A stretch of 64,000 bases of DNA from a virus. Lineage: Duplodnaviria; Caudoviricetes. Location: positions 1 to 64,000 of IMG/VR virus record IMGVR_UViG_2808606954_000002. One strand, 5' to 3'. Position numbers and translations under genes: made by a program. The notes below the pieces were generated by a model. That model did not search any database. It was not told the DNA's origin and saw only the letters and a program-made list of their open reading frames with translations. Positions 27,916-37,343 of this stretch are shown in pieces; positions within the stretch are counted from its first letter, which is position 1, and every line of letters starts with the position of its first letter.

Positions 27916-29156
27916 TGCGGCTGGATGATCTCAATTCTGGCGATGGCCTGCTGCCCGGCATGTTTCGTGGCATTCCGATCAGCATATTGGATGCGTCCAG
28001 CGATCACGGGCGGCGCGTGCTGGAATATCTGTTTCCCGGTGTAGATCCTGCGGCTTACGATGATTTCGGGTTGGGGCCGTCCGGGATCAGCATCGAGGCG
28101 CTCTATATTGGCGATGATTATAAAGTGCAGGCCAGGCTTTTGGCCGCTGCTTTCGAGACGCCCGGTCCCGGCCTTCTGATCCATCCGTGGCTTGGTCCGA
28201 TCTCGGTCATCATGGAAGAGCCTGGGCAGATCCGCTTTTCCGAGCGTGAGCTGCGGGTGCTGCGCATCTCGGCCCGGTTCAAACGCGCGCCTGTTGTTGC
28301 GCTTGGGTTTGGCTTTTCCAGCCAGTTGGCGGATAGCATCACCGGGATGGTGAGCGCGATCACCGGGCTTGTCTCGATTATTGCCAGCGTGGTCTTGTCA
28401 TCCACCCGGATCTCGGCCTCACGCCGAAGTGTGCGGGTGGTCAATGCGGTGGCGGCAAGCCTCACCACGCCACCGTCGGCGCGCAGCGCCTTGACTTCCG
28501 TTCGTGTGGCGCTGGCCACGTCCGCCCCGCAATCGCCTCTCGCGTTTGATGCTTGGATTGCCAGCGCCAGCGCCGTTATCTCAACGGTGATTGAGCTGTC
28601 GCCGGTGGGATCGGCCAGCGACAAGAAGGAAGAGCCATCACCACAGGCTTTGATGACCATCGGCTTGTCCATGGCATCCGGCCTGATTGCGCAGGTGAAG
28701 TCTGCGCCGTCTGCCATTGATCGCCTGTTGCTGGTCGTGGCCGCAGCGCGGTTTGTGTCAGATGTGGCGGCGCAATCGCCCTATGCCGAGTTCACGTCTC
28801 GCAATGAGGCGATGACGTTTCGGGCTTCGATGACCACCGCTCTCTCGAACATCATTGATCTGGTTGAAGACAACAGCCCGGATACCATGCAGGCGGCAAG
28901 CCGAAAGGTTATTCGGGCTGGCCGCGCATTATCGGCCGCACTGGTGACCGATCTCAATGAGGTGATTGGCACCTTGCCTGCGGTGCAAGCGATGACCACC
29001 ACACGCTCAGTCGATGCCTGGGCGATTGCCCAGCATCTGGCTGGCGATACGCCGTCCAGACTTGAGGCGGTCTATGCTGATATTGTTGCCCGCAACGGGC
29101 CGGTGCATCCCGCCAATCTCACGTCCGGACGTGTCGAGTTTCTGGAGCTGGATTGA
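27915..29156 (+). CDS. DNA circularisation protein (Mu gpN-like)
   Basis: GMFRGIP...GRR...EYLFPG...GPGLLIHPWLG. Confidence 0.85.
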   Translation: MRLDDLNSGDGLLPGMFRGIPISILDASSDHGRRVLEYLFPGVDPAAYDDFGLGPSGISIEALYIGDDYKVQARLLAAAFETPGPGLLIHPWLGPISVIMEEPGQIRFSERELRVLRISARFKRAPVVALGFGFSSQLADSITGMVSAITGLVSIIASVVLSSTRISASRRSVRVVNAVAASLTTPPSARSALTSVRVALATSAPQSPLAFDAWIASASAVISTVIELSPVGSASDKKEEPSPQALMTIGLSMASGLIAQVKSAPSAIDRLLLVVAAARFVSDVAAQSPYAEFTSRNEAMTFRASMTTALSNIIDLVEDNSPDTMQAASRKVIRAGRALSAALVTDLNEVIGTLPAVQAMTTTRSVDAWAIAQHLAGDTPSRLEAVYADIVARNGPVHPANLTSGRVEFLELD

Positions 29157-30349
29157 TGGGTAAGAGCATTTCTCTCTATCTGGATGGCATTCTTTACGAT
29201 CAATGGGAGAACGGCGAAGTCGAGCGCGATCTCAAGGATTTTTCCGGCCGCTTCAGTTTTACCTTTCGAGATGCGGCGCGTTCAGCCGATGTGTTACCGT
29301 TTGCCACCATGAAAGCGGTCAAGCGCTTGAAGATCCAGATGCAGGCCAAAATCATGATCGGCCGCCGTGTTGTGCTGGTCGGCAACGTTGACACGGTTAA
29401 TCCCGATCTGCGCGATGGTCAGGCAACGGTGCAGATCTCCGGCCGGGACAAGACCGGCGATCTGATTGATTGTGCCGCCCTGGTTGATGGCCCGGCCGAG
29501 CTGAAGAATGTAAAGCTTGAGGATGCCGTCAAGAAGATTGCCGAGCCGTACGGGCTGACAGTCAAAACCGAAGTGGACACTGGCGATGTGTTCGACCGCT
29601 ATTCGGTTGACCTGGGCGAGACGGCATTTAGTGCCATTGAGAAAGGCACACGGTCGCGGCGAGTTCTGGTGCTGTCCGATGGTGTTGGCGGCATTGTGAT
29701 CACCCGCACCGGCAAGACCAAGGCCCCAGCTCCCATCACCTTGCCCGGAAACGCCTTGTCATCCAGTGCGACGTTCTCAATCGAAGGTCGCCACAGCAAG
29801 ACCATGGTGCGCGGCCAGTCTGAACGAGCAGGCAAATCGCGCAAATCGGCCAACCTTGACGCCAGCGCAGCACCTTTGACGGAGCGGACAGAGGGTAATG
29901 GCTCGGCACGGGACGCGGAGCGCAAAGGCACGGTTGCTACGGGCATCGCCACTGATGGCGAGATCAAGCGTTATCGGCCGATTGTGCATCTGGCCCGTTC
30001 CAAGGCTGATGCCAAAGCGGCAAGCGATGAGGCCGACTGGCGCAATCGCACGGCGCGCGCCAAGGCTGAAGAATATACCCATAGCGTCAAAGGTCATACG
30101 GTTGATGGCACGTTGTGGATGGTCAACCAGATGGTGACTGTCTCGGATGACTGGCTGGAAGTTTACCGCGATCTTTTGATTTCCAAGGTCAAGTTTGTCG
30201 AAGATCAATCCGGCATGACCACCGAGATCACCAGCTGTTCGCCGGAAGCCTTTGACACCGAGGCCACCGGCAAGCGGCGTAAAAACAAGCGCGGCAAGAA
30301 AAAAGCGAAAGCCACTGGCCCGCTGGACAGCACGGCAAAGGGGCTTTGA
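29153..30349 (+). CDS. Baseplate hub / tail protein (Mu gpP, gp44)
   Basis: ISGRDKTGDLIDC motif. Confidence 0.85.
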   Translation: MMGKSISLYLDGILYDQWENGEVERDLKDFSGRFSFTFRDAARSADVLPFATMKAVKRLKIQMQAKIMIGRRVVLVGNVDTVNPDLRDGQATVQISGRDKTGDLIDCAALVDGPAELKNVKLEDAVKKIAEPYGLTVKTEVDTGDVFDRYSVDLGETAFSAIEKGTRSRRVLVLSDGVGGIVITRTGKTKAPAPITLPGNALSSSATFSIEGRHSKTMVRGQSERAGKSRKSANLDASAAPLTERTEGNGSARDAERKGTVATGIATDGEIKRYRPIVHLARSKADAKAASDEADWRNRTARAKAEEYTHSVKGHTVDGTLWMVNQMVTVSDDWLEVYRDLLISKVKFVEDQSGMTTEITSCSPEAFDTEATGKRRKNKRGKKKAKATGPLDSTAKGL

Positions 30350-30356
30350 AGCGATT

Positions 30357-30869
30357 ATGAGAGAGCTTTACGGCAAGCTGCGCGGCATGGTCCGGCGCGT
30401 CACGGTCAAGAATATCAAGGATGATGGTCAGATGCAGACGGCCTCTGCCGAGGTGGCCGAGGGCATCTATCGCGATGATCTGGAAATCATGCAGCCCTAT
30501 GGCCTGTTGTCGGTGCCTGATGATGATGGTGCGGTCGGCATCGCCCTTGCCATCGGAGGCGATGAGGGCGACATGGTGCTGTTGCCGCTTGGCAATCCCA
30601 GCCAGCGCATGGGCGGTCTGAAGAAAGGCGATGTGGGGCTTGCCACAAAGTTCGGTGATCGCATCATTTGCCGGGCGAATGGTACGATTGAAGTGCAGGC
30701 ATCCAATGCGCTTGAAAGCAAGATCGGAGGATGCACGTTTCGGCAAACAGCGGCTGGCGTGGACATCACGGGCGGTTACCTCAAGGTCAACGGTGTTCGT
30801 GTCGACGACACCCACACGCACGGCGGTATTGTTCGCGGTGGCTCCCAGACGGACCCACCTTCCAAGTAA
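30357..30869 (+). CDS. Baseplate spike (gp45)
   Basis: MQPYGLLSVP; C-terminal HTH-GG iron-binding tip (THTHGG). Confidence 0.85.
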   Translation: MRELYGKLRGMVRRVTVKNIKDDGQMQTASAEVAEGIYRDDLEIMQPYGLLSVPDDDGAVGIALAIGGDEGDMVLLPLGNPSQRMGGLKKGDVGLATKFGDRIICRANGTIEVQASNALESKIGGCTFRQTAAGVDITGGYLKVNGVRVDDTHTHGGIVRGGSQTDPPSK

Positions 30870-30913
30870 CCCGCCCACCGCCACGGGCATGACGCGGTTC
30901 GCGCGCGCGCGAT
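30870..30913 (+). promoter_or_regulatory. Late promoter copy 4 (before gp46)
   Basis: CCCGCCCACCGCCACGGGCATGA-N7-CGCGCGCGCGCGAT. Confidence 0.65.
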
Positions 30914-30925
30914 ATTTTCGCCGCC

Positions 30926-31393
30926 ATGTCCAGCTTTCTCGATCTCGCCCTGACCTATGATGCCGTGCAGCGCCGATGTGATCTGGCGCTATCAGATGAT
31001 TGTGATCTGGTGTTGGATGAGACACCGATCAGCGCCATCATTCTCTCGGTCGGTCTTGATCGCCGAGCCTCGCCTGATGACGAACTGCCTGAAGGCCGTT
31101 CCGTCATGCTGGCACCCGCGTCGTTTTCCGAGCGGCGTGGTGCGATTGTCGATGGGCTGGTGCAAACCGGCGATATGACCGGCTCCAAGCTTTGGCTGCT
31201 GGATCGTGCCAAGCAGACCGAAACCACCCGTCAGCTCTGTGAATATTGGCTGATCGAGGCGTTAGCCTGGGCGGAAAAGGAAACCGGCACACCGGCCCAG
31301 ATCGAAGTGGAATGGGTGCGCCCGAATGTGCTGGGCTATCGTGTTCAGGTCGATGACAGCTCCCTCTCTTTGACCAAACGGGTGGCATCATGA
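30926..31393 (+). CDS. Baseplate protein gp46
   Basis: GSKLWLLDRAK...EALAW. Confidence 0.85.
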   Translation: MSSFLDLALTYDAVQRRCDLALSDDCDLVLDETPISAIILSVGLDRRASPDDELPEGRSVMLAPASFSERRGAIVDGLVQTGDMTGSKLWLLDRAKQTETTRQLCEYWLIEALAWAEKETGTPAQIEVEWVRPNVLGYRVQVDDSSLSLTKRVAS

Positions 31394-32529
31394 CCTGGTC
31401 AATTCCATCGGCTCGAACCATCCTTGCCCGCATTGCCTCTGTGGCCGAGACCGGCCTTTTGTCGATCAAGCCGGAGGCATCATCCACGGCGATCTCGCGG
31501 GCGGTGCGCTCAACCAAGGGCGTGTTTGCGCAAATCTTTGGAGCCGTGGCACCAGAACTGAGCGAGGTGCATGACCATATTGCATGGTGGGCGCGGCAAT
31601 ATATGCCTGACAGCGCCGATGACGAGGCCATGATCCTGCGCCATGCATCCATCTGGGGCATTGAGCAGCGCGAGGCGACTACGGCGGTCGGCACGGTTCT
31701 GATTTCGGGCACCGCAGGCACGGTGCTGGCCAGCGGCATAGACCTGACGGCATCCAATGGCGTGGCCTATATCACCACAGCTGGCGGCACGATCAGCGCG
31801 GGCGGCACTCTGACGGTTGCCGCTAAAGCGGTTGAGGCTGGCGGTAACAGTAATCTGGAGGCAGGCGTCAAGCTGTCGGTCACGCAGGCCAATCCTGACA
31901 TTGCCACCGTCACCGTCGCAACCGCGTTTTCGGGCGGTGCCAATGCCGAGACCCCGCAAGAGATGCAGGTCCGATATCTAGAGCGCATTCGAGAACCACC
32001 AAAGGGCGGCGCTGCCAGCGATTATAAAGCATGGGTTGGCAAGATTGCCGATGTCTATGCCGTCAATGTGGTTGAGGACTGGATTGGTCGCGGCAGTCTT
32101 GGCGTTGTCATCGTCATGAAGGATGAGGGTGGCAATCCGCGTGTGCCCAGTGCGGCCGAGCTGGTGACGATTGGTGCATACTTAGGCGCACAAGGAAGTC
32201 AAACCGGCGTTCGGCCCGTAACGGCCCGCGTCATTCCCGTTGCGGGTGCACTGGTTGCTGTGCCGATTTCCGTGCGGCTGCGGCCCGATACCGGCACCAC
32301 GCGCGCCGCTGTTGCTTCAGCTTTCGCCCGCTTCATTGCCACCATTGGCGATGATGACGACGACACCAATTCAAGCCCGATTGGTGCCGTGATTGAGCCG
32401 TCGCGGATCTCGGAAGCGATCTCGGCCGCTGACGGCGAATATGGTCATGACCTCATTGTGCCAGCGGCCAGATACACGCTGGCATCAAACCAGTGCCCGG
32501 TTGTTGGCACCATCACCTGGCTGAATTGA
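31390..32529 (+). CDS. Baseplate J-like protein (gp47)
   Basis: GGANAET...RIREPPKGGAASDYKAW...GRGSLGV. Confidence 0.9.
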   Translation: MTWSIPSARTILARIASVAETGLLSIKPEASSTAISRAVRSTKGVFAQIFGAVAPELSEVHDHIAWWARQYMPDSADDEAMILRHASIWGIEQREATTAVGTVLISGTAGTVLASGIDLTASNGVAYITTAGGTISAGGTLTVAAKAVEAGGNSNLEAGVKLSVTQANPDIATVTVATAFSGGANAETPQEMQVRYLERIREPPKGGAASDYKAWVGKIADVYAVNVVEDWIGRGSLGVVIVMKDEGGNPRVPSAAELVTIGAYLGAQGSQTGVRPVTARVIPVAGALVAVPISVRLRPDTGTTRAAVASAFARFIATIGDDDDDTNSSPIGAVIEPSRISEAISAADGEYGHDLIVPAARYTLASNQCPVVGTITWLN

Positions 32530-32543
32530 GGAGCGTTTGAACC

Positions 32544-33140
32544 ATGTCCAGAACCGCTTCAAATGTGTTTCAAAGCCTTCGCAACAAGATGGCGTCGGGC
32601 TTTGCGCTGGCCGCAAAAGACGGCGTGATTGACGTGATCCTGTCGGCCTTCGCTGCCGTGATCGCCGATGCCGAGGCAAGCGCTGAAGCCCTGATGAACG
32701 AGACAGACCCTCGGCAGGCAAACCAGCTTTTGTCTGATTTCGAGCGCTGCCTTGGGCCTGATGCTTGCGGGCGCACCCTTGGGCCTTTGACGGTGGAGCA
32801 GCGCCAGAAACTGGCGTTTCAGCGCTGGACCGCGCGCGGCGGCCAGTCGATCCCGTATTTTATTTCGGTGGCCAAGGCGCTGGGTGTGGACATCACCATT
32901 GAAGAGTTCTGGCCATCACGGGCGGGCGTGTTGCGGGCAGGTCAACGCCTGCGGCCTGAAGGCAGCCAGTTTGTCTGGCGCGTCAATATTCCCGGCCTTG
33001 TGAGCGTGGTGAAGTTTCGCTCAGGCGTCAGCCGAGCATCGCACCGCCTCGGTGTCTTTGAGATCAGCGCCATTGAATGCGAGTTGCGGCGTATCAAACC
33101 CGCCCACACCCATGTTGTTTTCAATTACGGAGAAGCCTGA
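32544..33140 (+). CDS. Baseplate protein gp48 (YmfQ/DUF2313)
   Basis: GGQSIPYFISVAKALG...IKPAHTHVVF. Confidence 0.85.
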   Translation: MSRTASNVFQSLRNKMASGFALAAKDGVIDVILSAFAAVIADAEASAEALMNETDPRQANQLLSDFERCLGPDACGRTLGPLTVEQRQKLAFQRWTARGGQSIPYFISVAKALGVDITIEEFWPSRAGVLRAGQRLRPEGSQFVWRVNIPGLVSVVKFRSGVSRASHRLGVFEISAIECELRRIKPAHTHVVFNYGEA

Positions 33141-34864
33141 TGGATCGCATCAATGGCGCGGACACTGTTGATATTGGCGGCGGCCGTCGCGGGTTTCGCG
33201 ATGAAAACCTTGTGGCGGGTGTACCAGGCACCGAGGTGACGGCAAGCTTTCTGAACGGGCTTCAGGAAGAGGTTTTGCAGGTCATCACCCAGGCGGGCCT
33301 TGCGCCGAGCAATGGCGACTGGACGCAGCTGTGGCAGGCGCTTCAGATTTTGGGGCTGTCCACGGGCGGGAAAAGTCGGCGCTGGCTGTCGGTGTTGTCG
33401 ATGACGCTGTCCAGTGCGCCGGGGTCTCCAAGCGTGGGCGATGCCTATTTTATCCCTGCCGGTGCAAGCGGCATCTGGGCCGCAAACGCCGGGAAAATTG
33501 CCGAGTGGACCGGCGCGTCATGGTCCTATCTGGCGACACCCAACGGCCATGGCTTCAGCCTGCCCGATGGACGTATTTTTGAGAAGATCAATGGCACTTA
33601 TACCGAGTTGTTGGCATCTGAGACCCGTTCCGGACTGGTCGAGCTGGCAACGCCCGCCGAAGCCAAAGCCGGAACCAATAGCTTACTGGCTGTGACGCCA
33701 CCCGGTCTTGTCGCAACAATCGCAGACATCATGCCACCGAGGCCGAACCTGTGCCCGAACGGCGGGTTTGAGGATGGGCTTGCCGGGATTGAGTCGTTCA
33801 GCAACGGCGTCGCAAAAAGCTTTACAGTGTCAGATAACATGTGGGGCAGGAATCTTGTTGTATCCGGGCCGCATGCAGATGGTTGGACATCTATCGTATG
33901 GCCTAAATTCGCTGTAACTCCCGGTCTTGCTTATACAATCTCTGGTGACGCGGCTTTTTTTGCGGATGCCGGGACCGTTAAATACGAATTAATTTGGTAC
34001 AGGGCCGATGGTACGGACTTAGCCTTCAGCGGCGGGGTGAAGCGCGGCACGGGCGATTTCGGTTACGCATCATCCGCACGTCAAGCCATGGCCATTTCGG
34101 TTGTCGCGCCTGCCGGAGCAGTAACAGCAAGACTAAGCTGTGTTTTCGAAAACGTAAAAAACGCAACAGTTATGTGCGCGCGGCTGGCCAAAGTCGAGTT
34201 TGGCCCGCTGCCAGCTACCGCTTATACGCCACCTACGGGTAAGTCTCGGCAGCCAGCGCTCTACACCTATGTAAACAGCGGCGTGTTTACAGCCCCAGAA
34301 GGTGTCTATTTCGTGCACCTGCGCGCTTGGGGTGGCAGCGCAGGTGGTGGCGGTGCTGGGCCAAATGGTGCAGGCGGAGGCGGCGGAGGCGGCGGTTATG
34401 CTGAGGGGATCGTAGCTGTTGTGCCGGGTCAAACATACCTGATCACGATTGGTCAAGGCGGCGCGGGCGGCGCAGCGGGTGGCGGCAAAGGCGGAGATGG
34501 TGGCACAACGTCATTTGGCTCATTGTTGACCGCAACGGGTGGCCTTGGCGGTTACGGCGCGGCCAGTGGCTATGCAAATGGCGGCACTGGAGGTGTCGGT
34601 GTGGGCGGGCAAATACAGGTGCCTGGTCAGGCCGGACAGCGCTCTATTGCGCAACGAGACCCCATCAATGGCGACGGTATTGTTTGGGTTGGTGGCCCAG
34701 GCGGCGGGGCATTTGGGTCCGGCTCTACGCACATGCTCTATGGTTCATCCTCTGGCTGGGCCGGTTGGTCGTATGGCACCGGCGGATCAGGCGGTGCGGG
34801 CGACGGCACGAACGGTTATGCGGGTGGCGTTGGACCGTCTGGCTTCCTCGCAATCGATTTTTGA
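33140..34864 (+). CDS. Tail fibre (Mu-type N-terminus, DUF2793-like, CBM-like and Gly-rich domains)
   Basis: FLNGLQEEV; GLVELATPAE; NLCPNGGFE; GGGGGGGY repeats. Confidence 0.85.
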   Translation: MDRINGADTVDIGGGRRGFRDENLVAGVPGTEVTASFLNGLQEEVLQVITQAGLAPSNGDWTQLWQALQILGLSTGGKSRRWLSVLSMTLSSAPGSPSVGDAYFIPAGASGIWAANAGKIAEWTGASWSYLATPNGHGFSLPDGRIFEKINGTYTELLASETRSGLVELATPAEAKAGTNSLLAVTPPGLVATIADIMPPRPNLCPNGGFEDGLAGIESFSNGVAKSFTVSDNMWGRNLVVSGPHADGWTSIVWPKFAVTPGLAYTISGDAAFFADAGTVKYELIWYRADGTDLAFSGGVKRGTGDFGYASSARQAMAISVVAPAGAVTARLSCVFENVKNATVMCARLAKVEFGPLPATAYTPPTGKSRQPALYTYVNSGVFTAPEGVYFVHLRAWGGSAGGGGAGPNGAGGGGGGGGYAEGIVAVVPGQTYLITIGQGGAGGAAGGGKGGDGGTTSFGSLLTATGGLGGYGAASGYANGGTGGVGVGGQIQVPGQAGQRSIAQRDPINGDGIVWVGGPGGGAFGSGSTHMLYGSSSGWAGWSYGTGGSGGAGDGTNGYAGGVGPSGFLAIDF

Positions 34865-34881
34865 TATTTTGAGGTATTGAG

Positions 34882-35442
34882 ATGATAAAATATGCGCGCA
34901 TACATGCTGGCATTGTCGTCGAGGTGATCGAGACTGACCACAAGATAGATGATCTCTATCACCCCGATATTGCCGCCTCATTTATGGAGGTGACGGACGA
35001 TGTTGAGCCGGGCTGGACATATACAGACGGCAAGTTGGCCGCGCCAGTTGTGCCATCAATACCAGCGCCGACGCTGGAAACCGTGCAGGCTGATCTGAAA
35101 GCCCGGATTGACAAACTGGCTGAGGTTGAGCGCCTGAAATACATCACAGGTGGCGTTGGGCAAGCCATGACCTATCAGCAAAAGGCGGCTGAGGCGATTG
35201 CCTATCTGGCCGCCACCAATCCGGTCGCCAAGGATTACCCTCTGCTCAGTGCTGAGGTTGGCCTGACGGGCAAAACATTGTCCGATGTTGCCACCACCGT
35301 GAAAGCGGCATTTGAGCAATGGCAGCTCATTGGTGCCGCTGTCGAGAAAGTGCGCCTCGGTGCCAAAAAGGCAATTGGCGAGGCAAAAACATCTGAGGCA
35401 GCGCAAGCCGTCTTTGATGCTGTGGTCTGGCCATCGGCTTAA
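34882..35442 (+). CDS. Tail fibre assembly chaperone
   Basis: MIKYARI...GQAMTYQQKAAEA...R.GAK..I. Confidence 0.7.
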   Translation: MIKYARIHAGIVVEVIETDHKIDDLYHPDIAASFMEVTDDVEPGWTYTDGKLAAPVVPSIPAPTLETVQADLKARIDKLAEVERLKYITGGVGQAMTYQQKAAEAIAYLAATNPVAKDYPLLSAEVGLTGKTLSDVATTVKAAFEQWQLIGAAVEKVRLGAKKAIGEAKTSEAAQAVFDAVVWPSA

Positions 35443-35476
35443 GCCGCTCAGTCATTTGAAAAATTAGGAGTCTTTC

Positions 35477-35698
35477 ATGTTCGTCAACAATTGGCGGCAA
35501 GTGCTTAAGCGCGCTTGGTCTGTCCGGCTGCTTTTGGCTGCTGGTTTCTTCTCCGGAGCTGAAGTCTTTCTGCCGCTCATCGACGGTCACATTGATATGC
35601 CGCGCGGCCTGTTTGCTGCCCTGTCCGGTTTGTCCGCAGCAGGGGCCTTTGTTTCCCGTTTTCTTGCTCAAAAGGATTTATCTGATGCCGATCAATAA
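35477..35698 (+). CDS. Holin (second lysis cassette)
   Basis: NWRQVLKRAWSVR plus two TM segments; AGGAG RBS. Confidence 0.7.
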   Translation: MFVNNWRQVLKRAWSVRLLLAAGFFSGAEVFLPLIDGHIDMPRGLFAALSGLSAAGAFVSRFLAQKDLSDADQ

Positions 35699-36275
35699 GC
35701 TTAAAGCCAGTAAGCGCGCAAAAACGGCCATTGCTGCAATTGTGTTTGCCGCTGGCACTGGTGGGACAATCGCGCTTTTTCCGGGGCAAGAGCCAGTTCC
35801 GGCTGATGTCGCGCTTGCGATTAACGCGCTGGTAAAGCCGTGGGAAGGTCGCAGCCTCAAGGCTTATTACGATACGCTGCCCACAAGGCCAGTCTGGACG
35901 ATTTGCGATGGTGATACCGATAACGTCAAGCCCGGAATGGTGGAAACCCCGCAAGGCTGTGACAAGCGGCTGGCAACCAAGATCGTGCGCGACTATCGCA
36001 AGCCTTTGACAGAGTGCATCTCTGGCTGGGACGGCAAGCCGCTGGCGTGGCGGGCGATGATGATTAGCCTGACCTGGAATATTGGCACCGGCGCTGCTTG
36101 CAGATCGACCGCTGCACGGTTGGGGCGCGAAGGCAAGTATCTGGAAAGCTGTAATGCTGCCACCGCCTTTAACCGTGCCGGTGGCCGCGTCATCATTGGT
36201 TTGGCCAAGCGGCGCGAAAACGGTGATGCGACTCGGATCGGGGAGGGAGAATTGTGCGTCTCCGGCCTGCAATGA
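35685..36275 (+). CDS. Phage lysozyme (GH24) with N-terminal SAR-like segment
   Basis: WEGRSLKAYYD...WTICDGDT catalytic loop; LTWNIG; FNRAGG. Confidence 0.88.
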   Translation: MPINKLKASKRAKTAIAAIVFAAGTGGTIALFPGQEPVPADVALAINALVKPWEGRSLKAYYDTLPTRPVWTICDGDTDNVKPGMVETPQGCDKRLATKIVRDYRKPLTECISGWDGKPLAWRAMMISLTWNIGTGAACRSTAARLGREGKYLESCNAATAFNRAGGRVIIGLAKRRENGDATRIGEGELCVSGLQ

Positions 36276-36757
36276 GCTTGGTCGCGCTTGCGTTAAGTTG
36301 TCGCGGTGTTTTGCTAAAATGGCTGAAAACATTTCTGGTCAATCTTTATGGCATGATCGGCATTGCCGGTTTTCTGCTGTTGGCGCTGTTGGTGTTCGAG
36401 GAGGGTGTGCCTTTCCTCGGCATCAATGGCCGGGTTGCCAATCATGCGGCCTCGCAGGTTGAGGCCGCAAAGGCGGGCTTGGTTGCGCAAGCCGATCTGG
36501 ACGCTGCCAATGCCAAATTGACGGCCATGACCTTGCGGTTACAGCAGGCGGAAATGCTGGCCGAACAGGCCCGCGCAATAGGCGAAAACATCATCAAAAA
36601 AGAAGGGCAGGTTAATGATGCGCTTAAAGCATCTGTTTCGGCTGACAATCGCGTTGATGGCGCTCGCTGGTCTGCCTCTGATATTGAGTGGCTGTCTCGC
36701 GAACGACAACGCCTCGGCCTCGCTGGCCAAGGCGGCGGCGCAAAAGGCGGTGGCTGA
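36272..36757 (+). CDS. i-spanin candidate
   Basis: N-terminal TM segment plus Ala-rich coiled coil. Confidence 0.6.
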   Translation: MSLVALALSCRGVLLKWLKTFLVNLYGMIGIAGFLLLALLVFEEGVPFLGINGRVANHAASQVEAAKAGLVAQADLDAANAKLTAMTLRLQQAEMLAEQARAIGENIIKKEGQVNDALKASVSADNRVDGARWSASDIEWLSRERQRLGLAGQGGGAKGGG

Positions 36758-36965
36758 AACAAAGGTGCCATTGCCGCCCTGGCCTGATTGGTGCAGGCAA
36801 CACATGCGCCGCATCGTGCCGGTGGCTGGCGGATCGGCGGCGCATGATCAACTTGGCTGGGAGGTCAGTGCCAACCAGCAGGATGCCCGCACTGATGCGT
36901 GTGCGGAAATTTACGACACGCGGCGGGCTGAGTACGGGGGGGGCGCACATGGCACCGGAAATTGA
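36615..36965 (+). CDS. o-spanin candidate lipoprotein
   Basis: Lipobox LSG|C; overlaps the i-spanin in another frame. Confidence 0.65.
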   Translation: MMRLKHLFRLTIALMALAGLPLILSGCLANDNASASLAKAAAQKAVAETKVPLPPWPDWCRQHMRRIVPVAGGSAAHDQLGWEVSANQQDARTDACAEIYDTRRAEYGGGAHGTGN

Positions 36966-37320
36966 CGCGGGTGTGCACCGGATGCTCGGTGAGCTGGTTG
37001 CAGAAATGCGCGGGCTGAAAGAAGACATTCAGGAAATTCGGGGCGCGCAAGTGCGCTCCGAGGATCGCGCAACCCAAAGCCGGGCGGTTGTGCACCGGCG
37101 CATGGATGAAATGGTGGATCGGGTTGGCGCGCTGGAAACCAACATCACCAATGTGCAGACTGATATTGCTGACATTAAGCCGGTGACCAATGAGGTCAAG
37201 CGTTGGAAGCTGATCGGCCTTGGCGCGCTCGGCATGATTGGCATCGGCGGGATCGCGCTTGGCGTATCCTTTGCTGATGTTTTGAAACGGGTTGGCGGTC
37301 TGCTGATTGGTCGGCTCTAG
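36949..37320 (+). CDS. Coiled-coil protein with C-terminal TM segment (DUF1515-like)
   Basis: ATG 36949; typically follows rhizobial phage lysis genes. Confidence 0.65.
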   Translation: MAPEIDAGVHRMLGELVAEMRGLKEDIQEIRGAQVRSEDRATQSRAVVHRRMDEMVDRVGALETNITNVQTDIADIKPVTNEVKRWKLIGLGALGMIGIGGIALGVSFADVLKRVGGLLIGRL

Positions 37321-37332
37321 CGCATCATCAGG

Positions 37333-37339
37333 CAAAAGC
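37333..37339 (+). repeat. Candidate right end CA plus 5-bp duplication AAAGC
   Basis: CA|AAAGC, matching 1776-1782. Confidence 0.3.
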
Positions 37340-37343
37340 AGAT

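Larger units (their letters stand above)
1781..37334 (+). mobile_element. Mu-like transposable prophage (myovirus); ends tentative
   Basis: Mu gene order c-ner-A-B-gemA-mor-lysis-terminase-portal-F-G-I/Z-T-sheath-tube-TMP-N-P-gp45-48-fibre. Candidate ends TG(1781)...CA(37334) flanked by AAAGC. Confidence 0.85.

Noticed and set aside
33140-35442. Invertible tail-fibre segment or diversity-generating retroelement
   Set aside because: No invertase, reverse transcriptase, inverted repeats or duplicated fibre segment was found.
36936-36943. G8 tract (and G9 at 48515-48523) as phase-variation switches
   Set aside because: Both ORFs are in frame, the runs are short for GC-rich DNA, and there is no evidence of variability.
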